Source: Bradymonadia bacterium (GTDB taxonomy: Bacteria; Myxococcota_A; Bradymonadia; UBA7976; UBA1532). Taken from it: a stretch of 64,000 nucleotides of DNA. The DNA is taken from NCBI GenBank assembly GCA_046290225.1, contig JBKAGE010000001.1, positions 64,001 through 128,000 on the forward strand, read 5' to 3'. Both the position numbers and the translations under genes were made by a program. Positions within the stretch are counted from its first letter, which is position 1, and each line of letters starts with the position of its first letter. Below are positions 17,904 to 27,793 of the stretch, one piece after another. The notes below the pieces were generated by a model. That model did no database searches and had not been told where the DNA came from. It worked only from the letters and a program-made list of their open reading frames with translations.

Positions 17904-20105
17904 TCAGTAGGGTCCCGGGTGCCACTCGAGCTGCACCATGAAGCCCCGGCCCGGACCGTTCACGGCACTGCCGTGGGTACGATAGGGCTGATCGGTGACG
18001 TTCTCGAGCACTGTGGCGAGCATGAAACGCCCAGGCAAGTCCACTCCGGCCCGCAGATCGAAGACCTCGTACCCAGGCGTGCCTCCGAAGGGAATGCGGG
18101 TGTCGCCGGCATCGCCCACGGAGAGTCGATCCTGCACAGTGGCCCACCGCATGGCGCCGCCCGCATAGATCCCCTTCTCCAGACTGCCCCACATCAACTC
18201 GGCGGTGCCGTTGAGGGGGGGGATCCGTGAGCGGGGCACTCGATCTGACCGACCGACGATGGGGTTCTGAGTCTCACCCCAGGCATAGGCGATGGTGGCC
18301 CGGGCGGTGACCCCATAGAACGGGCCCACCTTCGTCACCGCCTCGGCGCCGCGGATGATCGTGTCCCCCTCGACGTTGATGAGCGTGACCGGCACCGATC
18401 TCGACGCCCGACACTCGCGATCAGTCTCCGGGCAGTCCGCGGGTCGGCGCTCCATGAAATCACGGCCCCACATCTGAAACGCGCTGCCGGTGATCATGAA
18501 GCGCTTCTGAGCCCATTTGAGCGCCAGCTCTGCGGTGAGGGTCTTCTCCGCTGCAAGGTTGGGGTTTTCGAGCTGAAAGCCCTGACCCGTCTGCTGACGG
18601 GCGGTGAGATCGTCGAGGTTCGGCGGTCGATAGCCCTGCTCCAGGACCGCGCTCGCCGTGAGCCGCTTCGTCGCTCGCCAGGTCACACCGCCATGGCTCA
18701 CCACCGCCCACCACGTGTTCTCGAGGGGGCGGGTGAGGGTGGCCTCGTCTCCTGGCGCCTTCGCCGTGGCCATGGCGAAACGCACCCCCGTCCGCAGGGT
18801 GAGGTCCTCGGTGATGTCGAGGCGGGGCGAGGCCCATACGCCGCCTTGGGCATAGCGGCTGCCGTCGAGGTAGAGCCCCCGGCTCATCGTCCGGATGACC
18901 TCGAGGCGGGTCAGCTCGGTCCAGGCCGCAGACTGCACGGTCTCCCAGGTGCCGTCGGCGCCGTACTCCAGCCGCAGAGATCCGAGGGGGCCCACGGACC
19001 AGCGCTTGCTCTTGATGCGGGCTGTGGCCCCCCAGATGTTGAGGGCATCCCGGCTGCCATTCTTGACCCCGATGGTGTCGGAGCGATCGCGCTCACGCTT
19101 CTCGTGCTGACGCTGGAACCCGCCAGAGAGCATGATCGTGTAGGCCAGCTCAGCTCGGGGCATCAAATCGGCCCGACTGTAGAGATGGGTTCGAAACTGC
19201 TCGGTGAAGACGAGGCAATCGTTGAGCGGCGCCTCTGGTGGCGGACACTGATCGGTCCGAGGCGAGTCGAACTGCCGATACACATAAGCCGCCACGGTGA
19301 TGCGATCATCGGCGTTGAGCCGGTGCACCAGACGGGCATCGGCGGTGAACTCCCGAAAGCCAGTGCCCAGCATGGTCCGACCATCTTCGGCGAAGGTGGG
19401 CACCTCTTTTTCGAAGAGCGGCACCCCCACCTCTTCTTCGGTGAGCAGCAACGGGAGGGGCCCGGAAGATTCGAGCCGGCCCGCCTCTCGGTAGCCCATG
19501 CCCACGAGCAATCCTGTGCGACGCCCGAACTGGGTGTCCAACTCGAGTCGCCCTCCGGCCTCGCGATCGGCAGTGGCGTGCCGCGCGAAGACCGCCGGGC
19601 GAAAGGTCACCCCATCGGCAAAGGGATCGATGAGCGGATCACGCGGCTTCACCATCACCGCGCCGCCGAGGGCGTCTGCGCCGAGGATCACCCCGGCGCT
19701 CCCTCTGACCACCTCGATGCGATCGACGGTACGGCTGTCCACGGTGAACAGGTACTGGTTGGGGCCCTGACGGAAGAGGGCGTTGTTGATGCGCATGCCG
19801 TCGAAGACGAGCAGTACCTGCTGACCCGTGAGTCCTCTCACGTAGGGTGAGGCCTGACCGTGACCTGTCTGCTGAATGTAGACACCGGGTGTGTACTTGA
19901 GCGCGTCAGGCGTAGACCGGGCCTGCCGACGGGCCACCTCACGGGCGGTGATGATCTCGGTGGACCGCCCCTCAAGGGTCTCGTCGCGGGCTCTCAGCCC
20001 CTCGACGAGGATCTCTTTCTCTTCTGATTCAGGGGTGTTGTCGGCCACGCTCACCGGAGTGGCCATCAACCACATCAAACTCAGTACGGCAGGTGGGGTG
20101 AACAT
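17904..20105 (-). CDS. TonB-dependent receptor
   Basis: Plug motifs (PGVYIQQTGHGQASPYVRG, LVFDGMRINN, RIEVVRGS, GADALGG), GYRPPNLDDL, NPNLAAEK and a C-terminal ENVTDQPY...PGRGF. Start placed at MFTPP (20105). Confidence 0.95.
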   Translation of the reverse strand: MFTPPAVLSLMWLMATPVSVADNTPESEEKEILVEGLRARDETLEGRSTEIITAREVARRQARSTPDALKYTPGVYIQQTGHGQASPYVRGLTGQQVLLVFDGMRINNALFRQGPNQYLFTVDSRTVDRIEVVRGSAGVILGADALGGAVMVKPRDPLIDPFADGVTFRPAVFARHATADREAGGRLELDTQFGRRTGLLVGMGYREAGRLESSGPLPLLLTEEEVGVPLFEKEVPTFAEDGRTMLGTGFREFTADARLVHRLNADDRITVAAYVYRQFDSPRTDQCPPPEAPLNDCLVFTEQFRTHLYSRADLMPRAELAYTIMLSGGFQRQHEKRERDRSDTIGVKNGSRDALNIWGATARIKSKRWSVGPLGSLRLEYGADGTWETVQSAAWTELTRLEVIRTMSRGLYLDGSRYAQGGVWASPRLDITEDLTLRTGVRFAMATAKAPGDEATLTRPLENTWWAVVSHGGVTWRATKRLTASAVLEQGYRPPNLDDLTARQQTGQGFQLENPNLAAEKTLTAELALKWAQKRFMITGSAFQMWGRDFMERRPADCPETDRECRASRSVPVTLINVEGDTIIRGAEAVTKVGPFYGVTARATIAYAWGETQNPIVGRSDRVPRSRIPPLNGTAELMWGSLEKGIYAGGAMRWATVQDRLSVGDAGDTRIPFGGTPGYEVFDLRAGVDLPGRFMLATVLENVTDQPYRTHGSAVNGPGRGFMVQLEWHPGPY

Positions 20106-20300
20106 CGTTCGGTATGCTCTCACATAGAAAATATCAGCCGTATGCGTAGACCTACGAAACCCGCAGGGCATGCCGGTTCTGGCAGATAACACTTTGTCGT
20201 CGATTGGGTATTGACGCGTGAGCCTCGATGCACAATAAGACCGCCCACGGCCACACAGTGGCCTGAGTTTCCGACCTGACATTCTCGTTGGAGGAGAGGC

Positions 20301-20576
20301 ATGAAGCCTGAGCTGGGTTCGAAGCACACCTGTGGTGAATGCGGAGCCAAGTACTATGACTTCAACAAGGCAGATCCGGTCTGCCCGAAGTGTGGTGCGC
20401 CTGCACCGGCACCAGAGCCGGTGAAGATCAAATCGAGCAAGAAGTCCAGCCGCAAGGCTCCGCCGAAGGTGGTCAAGGATCCCGAGGCTGAAGAAGAGTT
20501 CGAGGGCGACGACATCGACCTCGGCGACGACATCGGCGACGACGACATCAACGACGACGACATCGATCTGGGTTGA
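20301..20576 (+). CDS. FYDLN-acid (TIGR02300) zinc-ribbon protein
   Basis: KPELGSKHTCGECGAKYYDFNKADPVCPKCG with an acidic tail; GGAGGAG RBS. Confidence 0.93.
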   Translation: MKPELGSKHTCGECGAKYYDFNKADPVCPKCGAPAPAPEPVKIKSSKKSSRKAPPKVVKDPEAEEEFEGDDIDLGDDIGDDDINDDDIDLG

Positions 20577-20604
20577 CTTCCATCCGCCTGATGGGTGGCA
20601 TCTC

Positions 20605-22440
20605 TCATTTACCCTTCTGTAGACCCTCTCTGAGATAGAGCTGCTCGAGGTTCCAGTGCGTCTTCGGCCGTAAGGGGCTCGGGCGGAAATTGCCCACTCT
20701 ATCTTGAGCGGCGGCGAAGGACGACTCGACGACAAGCATGATCTGCGGCAGCTGATCGCTGAACAGATACATCAGCTCATCGAGGGCTTTCTTGCGCACG
20801 GCGTCGTCCCCCCCAGCGCTCGCCTGCTCGATGAGGGTGTTCATCCGGGCTTCCCAGGGCCGCCTGGGGCTCGACTGCCCCGGATCCCAGAGATGACTGC
20901 CACCACTCGACAAGAAGACGCTCTTGAGCAATGTGGGCTCTGGCGGCACCGAGGCACCCCACCCGAGCAATACCGCCTCGAAGGTTCTTGTCCGGGTCAA
21001 CTTGACCACCAGTTCCTGAAACGGCAGCGGCCGCACATGCATGGTGATGCCCAACCGATCGAGATCGTCTTTGATCAGATTGAGCAGCTGTACCCGGATG
21101 GCGTTCTCGGCGTTGGTGAGGGCGGTGAAGATCACCGGCTGGCCCTCAGGGCTGATGAGCGTCTTCTTGCCTGCCCGCTGCTCGATGGTGAACCCCTCGG
21201 CCTCGAGGAGAGCCCCAGCTCGCTCCAGGTCGTAGGGGTACTCCACCACATCGGCCCCTGACCACCGGGTATTCCCCGGGCTGATGAAGCTGTAGAGCGG
21301 CTCACCCCGATTGTGTAGGGCCACACGCACCATGGAGGCACGATCGATGGCGTGGCTGATGGCTTTGCGGAACCCCTGCCGTTCAAACCACTGCCGGCGC
21401 GTGGGATCGATCCTCGGCACACCATCAGCGTCGGGTCGTGGGTCGAGGTTGAACATGAAGTAATGCGTGTTGAGGGAGGGGCCCAGGGCCTTCACGGTGA
21501 AATTCCGTGTCTTCGACGCCCGCTGGAGCAGCTCGACGAACTCGTTGCGCACATCGTAGAGATCGATCTGCCCCTCGCGAAACAGCATGAAGGCCGAGTT
21601 CGGATCTGGGGTGATGAGATAGGTCACAGTGTCGAGGTACGGCAGCTGCTGACCCTGGGCATCAACCTGCCAATAATGGGGGTTCCTGGTGAGCACCAGG
21701 CGCTCGCTCTCTGTGTATTTATCGAGCATGAAAGGGCCAGAGGTGACGAGTTCTTCGGGCTTCGTCTCCATGCTCATCACCTCATCGAAAGTGCCTGCAT
21801 CTCGTGCGGCAGCCCACCGGGCCTTGGGCACAAAACGCACGGAGCTGGCGAGCAGTTCGAACTTGGGCACGGGTTGGGTCAGGATGTACTTGAACCGCCG
21901 CCCGTCGATCTTCTCGATCTGCACGTACCGCGGCTGGCCGTCATCGCCCTGCCCCTGATGGAACGCCGACTTGAGGGGGCTGGCCACCCTGGGGTCGAGG
22001 GCCAGCTCATGGCTGAAGACCGCATCATCAGCGGTGATGGGGGTACCATCTGACCACTTCGCCCCCGCTCGCAGCGTGAAGGTGTACGTCAGCCCGTCCT
22101 CGCTCAGCTCGAAGGACTCGCACAACGCCGGCATGCCCTCCTGCTTGCTGTAGTCGAAGGCCCAGCACGGGGCGAAGAGGGCGAACTGCACCACCTCGCC
22201 CGAGTGAGCGTCACGGATCTTCAAGGGGTTGAGGGTGGAGGGGGCAGAGGTGAGGCTCAGCACGAGATCCCCACCAGACTTGCCGACTTCACCGCCTCCA
22301 GGGGCGCTGCCACCCTTGGGCAGAGCGGGCTTTGGCGCAGTGCTCGGCGCAGAAGGCTCTGGTGGGCTCTTGCTGCACCCCCACGGCAGGCAGATGGCCA
22401 ACATCATGGCACTGTAGATGGAGTGAGCTCCCCCGGCCAT
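20605..22440 (-). CDS. ABC transporter substrate-binding lipoprotein, family 5 (peptide/nickel)
   Basis: PSTLNP, SEDGLTYTFTLR..AKWSDGTPITADD, SGPF, RNPHYW, LPYLD and FRKAISHAIDR; lipobox PWGC. Start uncertain. Confidence 0.93.
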   Translation of the reverse strand: MAGGAHSIYSAMMLAICLPWGCSKSPPEPSAPSTAPKPALPKGGSAPGGGEVGKSGGDLVLSLTSAPSTLNPLKIRDAHSGEVVQFALFAPCWAFDYSKQEGMPALCESFELSEDGLTYTFTLRAGAKWSDGTPITADDAVFSHELALDPRVASPLKSAFHQGQGDDGQPRYVQIEKIDGRRFKYILTQPVPKFELLASSVRFVPKARWAAARDAGTFDEVMSMETKPEELVTSGPFMLDKYTESERLVLTRNPHYWQVDAQGQQLPYLDTVTYLITPDPNSAFMLFREGQIDLYDVRNEFVELLQRASKTRNFTVKALGPSLNTHYFMFNLDPRPDADGVPRIDPTRRQWFERQGFRKAISHAIDRASMVRVALHNRGEPLYSFISPGNTRWSGADVVEYPYDLERAGALLEAEGFTIEQRAGKKTLISPEGQPVIFTALTNAENAIRVQLLNLIKDDLDRLGITMHVRPLPFQELVVKLTRTRTFEAVLLGWGASVPPEPTLLKSVFLSSGGSHLWDPGQSSPRRPWEARMNTLIEQASAGGDDAVRKKALDELMYLFSDQLPQIMLVVESSFAAAQDRVGNFRPSPLRPKTHWNLEQLYLREGLQKGK

Positions 22441-22568
22441 CGCGTATCCTCCCCGACCACGATTGCACATCGGGATTGATTACCACGGCTCTGGACCTCG
22501 CACGCAACACCAACACTCATCACGAACCACACCAGCGCTGTGGTGAGGCTCATCGTAGGGCAATCACC

Positions 22569-23243
22569 CTACCCGCAATGCGCCTCGGGACACTCTGCCA
22601 GGGCGCCGGCGATGTAGGCCCCAAGTCGGGCGGCGGTGTCGACGTCTTCAATGGCGCGATCGCCAAAGCGCTCGCCAGGGATCTCGCGCCACATGAACTT
22701 GTCCTCGGCGCTGCACCCCTTCCAGAGAGAGAAGCCCACCCGCTCCGGGCTCGATGAGCGCCACACATCGACGTAAATGTGCCGGCCCTCGCAATGTGTG
22801 TGGGCCGCCGGGCTGGCAAGCTCGGGGGAGAAGAACTTCTCAGGGCTCAACGACGTAAAGCTGGGGGCGCCCTCCACCATCAGCTCTGCGGCGACAGGCT
22901 GCTCCATGGCGGCGACGAGGCCGTCGGCGAGGGCCTCGAGCCAGAGGGTGCGAGTGTCCTGGTCCTTCACTTTGAGGCCCACGTCTTTGAACGAGATGAC
23001 GTCGGCCCAATAGGGCCCTTGCACCCGCACGGCGAAGGGTGAGTACACCGGGGTAAAGCGCTTGGTGGCACTCTTCATCTCCGCCTTGGCGGTCGGTGCC
23101 ATGGGTGGCGGCGCTGAAGCCCCTGTGGGGGTTTTCTTGCTGCAGCCCGAGAAGGCGAGGCAGGCCACGGCGAAGGCGCTCAGAGAGAGGCAGGCGGCCC
23201 GGCGCAGGGGGCGCCGAGGGTTGCGGTGTCGGGGGTCTGCCAT
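22569..23243 (-). CDS. Hypothetical lipoprotein
   Basis: Arg-rich n-region, hydrophobic core, lipobox FSGC; GGAG upstream. Confidence 0.72.
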   Translation of the reverse strand: MADPRHRNPRRPLRRAACLSLSAFAVACLAFSGCSKKTPTGASAPPPMAPTAKAEMKSATKRFTPVYSPFAVRVQGPYWADVISFKDVGLKVKDQDTRTLWLEALADGLVAAMEQPVAAELMVEGAPSFTSLSPEKFFSPELASPAAHTHCEGRHIYVDVWRSSSPERVGFSLWKGCSAEDKFMWREIPGERFGDRAIEDVDTAARLGAYIAGALAECPEAHCG

Positions 23244-23290
23244 TAAAACTCTCCGTTTCGTTGAGCCTTTGCCCAGAGGAGGCGACGCCG

Positions 23291-24133
23291 TTGACGCCGG
23301 CCGATGCTGTAGATCTCAAGGCCCTCGTGCAGAGCCTGCTCGGCCCCGACGAGGGAGAGCAGGCGTTGCCATCGGGGCGCGCAGGCGCCGGCCTGGCTTC
23401 GATGCTCGATCCCGCAGGGGGGGTGCAGCTCGCCGAGGCCTTGAGCCATCCGCCCCTGCCCCTCGCGACCAGCGCCATCAGCGCGTATGCACCGGACACC
23501 GCTCAGGTGGAGCGGCAGATTCGCCGGGGGCTCGACGCCCTCGAGCGCCGGCTGCGCCGCACCTTCGACGACGCGTTCAAGGCGCGCTATCGGTTGCCTG
23601 GGCCCAGCAGATGCCTCGACCTGCTGCAGGAATCCGGGGCCCTGAGCGAGCGCAACGCCAAGGGGAAGCCCCTCGCCAAGGCCCTGAAGAAAGCCTGCCG
23701 CACCCTGTGGGCCCCCTTTGGGGCCTTCATCGAGACTCAGTATAAACGGGCGCGCTTCGACTTGCGTCAGCTCAGGGACGATCTCGGGGCCGCTCTCAGG
23801 GCCCGCGGCGGCGACGCCGCCCGCCTCGAGCACCTCGACGGGTTGCTCCGAGAGGCCATACGGGTGGAGGGGGAGCGCCGTTACCGTCGTCTGCTCCATG
23901 CCCTCGAGCAACGCTTCGCCACACAAATCGAAGCCCTCGCCACCGAGCTGACCGCCCAGGCCACCGTACACGATCTCGAGCCCGCCTTCGGCGACGACGG
24001 CCCCTTTGCGGAGCTGGTGCGTCTGGGGCGCTCGGTGGTGTTTTCGGTGATGCAACATGAGCGGGCCTTGTTGGAGGGCCTGATGAACGTCGTGACACCT
24101 GCATACGATCAACGACGCGAGGGGATCCATTGA
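23291..24133 (+). CDS. zorF: DUF3348-like protein (Zorya type III ZorF-like)
   Basis: GAGGAGG RBS then TTG at 23291. LASMLDPAGGVQLAEAL and LR..L.AAL.ARGGDAARLEHLDGLL...LEQRF resemble DUF3348 as I recall it. First gene of the ZorA/ZorB/DUF2894 operon. Confidence 0.7.
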   Translation: MTPADAVDLKALVQSLLGPDEGEQALPSGRAGAGLASMLDPAGGVQLAEALSHPPLPLATSAISAYAPDTAQVERQIRRGLDALERRLRRTFDDAFKARYRLPGPSRCLDLLQESGALSERNAKGKPLAKALKKACRTLWAPFGAFIETQYKRARFDLRQLRDDLGAALRARGGDAARLEHLDGLLREAIRVEGERRYRRLLHALEQRFATQIEALATELTAQATVHDLEPAFGDDGPFAELVRLGRSVVFSVMQHERALLEGLMNVVTPAYDQRREGIH

Positions 24134-26277
24134 CGTCGATTTGGATCGCGATCTTCGGTGGAATCGGGGCCACGGTGGTGGCCCGGATCGGCTTCACAGC
24201 CTATGGGCGTGACCCGGTGGCCCTGGGGCTGTCGGTGCTCATCGGCGCCGGCCTCCTGTTGGGCCTCGTGGAATTATGGCGCCGAGCTCGCCGGGCCCAT
24301 CAAGCCCTCGACGCGCTCAACGCCGAGGTCGACTTCACTGACACGACACACCGCGAGCGCCTCCCCGCCCACGTCCGAGGGCCCCTCGAGGGCGCGCTCG
24401 CCGGCCACGGCGCCCCAGGCGAGATTCCAGGGTTCACCCCCTACCTCGCAGGGCTCGTGGTCATGCTGGGGCTCATCGGCACCTTCCTCGGCCTCGTGGA
24501 GGCACTCTCGGGAGCCCGTGAGGCCCTGGTGACCGGCGACGGCGCCGCTGATGTCGATGGCCTCCGCTCTGGCCTGGTGGCGCCGATGCAGGGCCTGACC
24601 CGCGCCTTTGGCACCTCGGTGGCCGGTGTGGCGGCCTCTGCCTCTCTCGGGCTGTGTCTCGTATGGGTACGTCGAGTAGAGGCCCGAGTACGACGCCGCC
24701 TTGATCAGCTGCTCGCGGGGCCCCTGGCCCACCTGACCCCCGCAGGGCGCCACCACGCAGCCCTCGACGCCCTCGTCTCTCAGAGCGCAGCCCTGCCTCA
24801 GGCCGCCGAGGCCCTGCAGGGGGCCGTCGAGCGACTGGATGTCCTCGGCAAGGATCTCGCCCGGGCCCATGGAGAGGCCACCCGCGCCACCACCAAAGCC
24901 CACCTCGACGCCGTGGCCGCCGCCGAGAAGGCTCATCGTGAAGCCACGATGGCCCTCGAGAAAGCACACCTGGAGGCCACGACCCGGGCAGAGAAGGCCC
25001 ATCGCGAAGCCACGGCCAGCGCCGAGCAAGCTCACCGAGAGGCCACCGCCAACGCTGAGAAGGCCCACCACGAAGCGGTCACAGCCGCGGCGAAGGCCCA
25101 CCACGACGCGGTCAAAGAGGCATCTGCCGCTCAGAGCGACGCCACACGAGCGACTGTTCAGGCCCTCACCGAAGGGGTGAAGGCGATCCGCGCCGATCTG
25201 CAAGAGGCCAGCATCATCGTGAGCACTGAGGCCGTCGCCGCCGTGCAGCCCCTCGTCGCCGAGGGGGTGGCGAAGCTCACCACCACTGCAGAGGAGCACG
25301 TCAGCCGGCTTCAACAACAGCTGAGTGAAGAGGCCACCGCTCGACAAGCAGAGAGCGCGGCCCACCTCGACCGGCTGCGAGAGGCCCTGCAGGCCACGGT
25401 GCAATCCATCCAATCGCAACAGGCTGCACAAGGTCAGCAGATCACCGAAGGTGTCACGGGGGTCATGACCTCTCTCGACGCCACCGCCCAGTCCGTCGCC
25501 GAGGGCCTCGGCACCCTCGAGCGTCAGGGGACGCAATGGATGATCGAGATCCGAGGCGATCTCTCAGGGCACCTCGAAGCGATCCAGCAGGCGGTGGTTG
25601 CGCCTCTCGAAGCCACCGCCGAGGCCCACCGGGCAAAGGCCGAGGCCCTTGATGGCCTCATCACCGCCTCCAACGCCCAGCTCGAAGCACAAGGGGAAGC
25701 CCTCGCCGCCCAGAGGCAGGCCATGCAGACGCAGCATGGTGAGATCACCGCGCAGCTCACGGAGAGCGCAGCCCAGGTGAGCGCCGCAGCTGAAGGATCC
25801 AGCGCGGCCATCGCAGCCCTCGGCGAGGCCCTCACCGAGACCGTGCGCCAGGGGCTCGACCGTCGGCTCACAGATCAGCAGACACTCGAAGCTCAGCTCA
25901 CCACTCAACATGAGAAGGCCCTCGCCGATCTCGGCGCCCGTCTGGTGGAGCACGCCCAGAGCATGAGCGCCGATCTGGCATCTACAGGAGACATCGTCCG
26001 CGAGGCAGCTGAGCTCGCCCGGGCGAGCGGCGTGGAGCTGTCGCTGGTGGCAGAGTTGTTCACCGAGGCCGTGGATCGTTATCGCGGCGCCAGCGAAGCC
26101 TGGCTCGACACCCTGGCCCGCCTCGAAGGGACCCTGAGCAGCAGCGGTGATGGCCAGAGCAGCGTGGCCCTCGGGCAATACCTCGATCAAACCCGCGAGG
26201 TCTTCAGCGACTCTCTCCGGGTGCAACAGGCCCTCTTCGCCGAGCTGCGCAGCCTGAAGGCTCGAGAGGCCAGCTGA
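24130..26277 (+). CDS. zorA: ZorA-like MotA/TolQ/ExbB-family membrane protein with a long coiled-coil tail (DUF802-type)
   Basis: N-terminal TM helices; FTPYLAGLVVMLGLIGTFLGL and APMQGLTRAFGTSVAGV channel motifs; Ala/Glu/Gln-rich helical tail of about 530 aa; TTGA overlap with the upstream gene. Confidence 0.85.
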   Translation: MTSIWIAIFGGIGATVVARIGFTAYGRDPVALGLSVLIGAGLLLGLVELWRRARRAHQALDALNAEVDFTDTTHRERLPAHVRGPLEGALAGHGAPGEIPGFTPYLAGLVVMLGLIGTFLGLVEALSGAREALVTGDGAADVDGLRSGLVAPMQGLTRAFGTSVAGVAASASLGLCLVWVRRVEARVRRRLDQLLAGPLAHLTPAGRHHAALDALVSQSAALPQAAEALQGAVERLDVLGKDLARAHGEATRATTKAHLDAVAAAEKAHREATMALEKAHLEATTRAEKAHREATASAEQAHREATANAEKAHHEAVTAAAKAHHDAVKEASAAQSDATRATVQALTEGVKAIRADLQEASIIVSTEAVAAVQPLVAEGVAKLTTTAEEHVSRLQQQLSEEATARQAESAAHLDRLREALQATVQSIQSQQAAQGQQITEGVTGVMTSLDATAQSVAEGLGTLERQGTQWMIEIRGDLSGHLEAIQQAVVAPLEATAEAHRAKAEALDGLITASNAQLEAQGEALAAQRQAMQTQHGEITAQLTESAAQVSAAAEGSSAAIAALGEALTETVRQGLDRRLTDQQTLEAQLTTQHEKALADLGARLVEHAQSMSADLASTGDIVREAAELARASGVELSLVAELFTEAVDRYRGASEAWLDTLARLEGTLSSSGDGQSSVALGQYLDQTREVFSDSLRVQQALFAELRSLKAREAS
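24865..25128 (+). repeat. Eight 33-bp (11-aa) tandem coding repeats AHxEAxxxAEK inside zorA
   Basis: AHGEATRATTK/AHLDAVAAAEK/AHREATMALEK/AHLEATTRAEK/AHREATASAEQ/AHREATANAEK/AHHEAVTAAAK/AHHDAVKEASA. Confidence 0.9.
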
Positions 26278-26278
26278 C

Positions 26279-26998
26279 GTGTACGGCGGCCCCCCTCAGT
26301 CTCAGCGCTCAGGCGTTGTCGAGCCCGATGAGAGCCCTCCGGTCTGGCCGGTCTTCGGCGATCTCATGGCGGGCCTCTTCGGGCTCTTCGTGCTGTTCTT
26401 CATGTGGGCCATCACCTTCCAGACTGATCTGGCCAACACCCTCGAAGCCCGAGAGGCCGCCCTGGTGGCTCAGCAGAAGGCCCTGGCCCAGAAGCAGGCC
26501 GATCTCGACGCTGAGCGCGCCGCTCGAAAGAAAGAGAAGGCCCGGCTCGAGGCCCTGGAGCGCGCCCTCGCCGGGCCACTCTCTGAAGGCCTCATCACGC
26601 TCACTGAGGGACGCATCGGGATTCGGGGCAGCGTGCTCTTCAGTTCGAACTCCGCTGCCCTCACCGCCGAAGGCACCACCCTCATCGGCCAGCTCGCCGG
26701 CCCTCTCGAAGCGTTCCTCAAAGGCCGTGAAGAGATGGTCATGATCAGCGGCTACACCGACGACAAGCCCATCGCTCGGGGCAACGCCCGCTTCGCCGAC
26801 AACTGGGCGCTCTCCTCCGAGCGGGCCCTCACGGTGACCCGAGCGCTCACCGAGTCCGGCCTGCCTGGGGATCGCCTCATCGCCGCGGGCTTCGGGCCCA
26901 ATCACCCAGTGGCCACCAACGAGACCCCCGAGGGCCGCGCCCTGAATCGCCGAGTGGAGATTCAGCCGGTCCCTCGAGCCACCGCCGGGGGCCGGTGA
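26279..26998 (+). CDS. zorB: ZorB/MotB-like protein (TM helix plus OmpA-like peptidoglycan-binding domain)
   Basis: PVWPVFGDLMAGLFGLF (conserved channel Asp), GYTDD, DNWALSSERA..V, GFG..HPVA.N and NRRVEI. Confidence 0.88.
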   Translation: MYGGPPQSQRSGVVEPDESPPVWPVFGDLMAGLFGLFVLFFMWAITFQTDLANTLEAREAALVAQQKALAQKQADLDAERAARKKEKARLEALERALAGPLSEGLITLTEGRIGIRGSVLFSSNSAALTAEGTTLIGQLAGPLEAFLKGREEMVMISGYTDDKPIARGNARFADNWALSSERALTVTRALTESGLPGDRLIAAGFGPNHPVATNETPEGRALNRRVEIQPVPRATAGGR

Positions 26999-27789
26999 TG
27001 GCCTCCCCTGATCTCGCCACGGATCTCGTCGCCCGCCTCGACGCCCTGAAGGCACGCGGCGCCGAGGGCTTCGACGGCCCCGCGGTGCGCTTCATCGCCA
27101 ACCTCGTACAGAAAGCCACCACCATCGGGGGTGGCGCAGGCGATCGTCTGGTCGATCGCGCCCACGTGCGCCTGCAGGCCCTGGAGACCCAGCTCGACGA
27201 GGCCCTGGCGAAGTCCGAAGAGGCTTTGAGCGCCCTCGCAGCTGTGGCACAGGGGCCCGAGGGAGAGGGCGCCGTCGCCACCGTTCAAGCCCTCGTGGAC
27301 CAGGGTGATCACCGAGAGGCACTTCGGACCGCACAGCGCTTACGGCGTACGCTCGGCGATGGCCGCCAGCCTCAGGCGAAGGCCCGCGTCCGTCGCCAGC
27401 TGTCCCGGGCCGAGGCCGCCGACACCTCTGCCTTGTCACAACCACTCCGGCAGCGCATGCAGGCGGCCCTCGATGATCCGACGAGCCCGCCCGAGACCCT
27501 CGACGCCCTCGCTGACGAGGCAGCAAAGGCGATGTACCGCGCCGTGGCCGACGATGCCCACGCGACTCTCGCAGTGGCCCAGGCCGGTGACGAGGTCCCC
27601 GACGAAGCAGGGCCCTACAACCCCCAGGCGGTGAGCGCCCGGGCCCTCGCAGCCCTCGAAGCCCTGTCGCCAGCGCACCTGCGCCATTGGGTGCGACACC
27701 TCGAAGGCTTCGAATCCCTCTCAGCGCTCCCCGAGCCGCCGGCACCCAAGAAGCGAGGCAGCAAGCGAGGCGGAGGCCGCCGAAGGTGA
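26995..27789 (+). CDS. zorG: DUF2894-like protein (Zorya type III ZorG-like)
   Basis: LDALKARGAEGFDGPAVRFI and VPDEAGPYNPQAVSARAL..L..LSPAHL resemble DUF2894; basic tail; GTGA overlap with zorB. Confidence 0.75.
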   Translation: MMASPDLATDLVARLDALKARGAEGFDGPAVRFIANLVQKATTIGGGAGDRLVDRAHVRLQALETQLDEALAKSEEALSALAAVAQGPEGEGAVATVQALVDQGDHREALRTAQRLRRTLGDGRQPQAKARVRRQLSRAEAADTSALSQPLRQRMQAALDDPTSPPETLDALADEAAKAMYRAVADDAHATLAVAQAGDEVPDEAGPYNPQAVSARALAALEALSPAHLRHWVRHLEGFESLSALPEPPAPKKRGSKRGGGRRR

Positions 27790-27793
27790 CGTC

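Noticed and set aside
20106..20735. N-terminal 210-aa extension of the TonB-dependent receptor ORF
   Set aside because: It overlaps the FYDLN gene on the opposite strand; the signal peptide begins at MFTPP (20105).
24130..26998. Flagellar MotAB, TolQR/ExbBD or gliding AglRQS motor
   Set aside because: The very long A-subunit tail, the flanking DUF3348/DUF2894-like genes and the absence of flagellar or tol genes favour Zorya.
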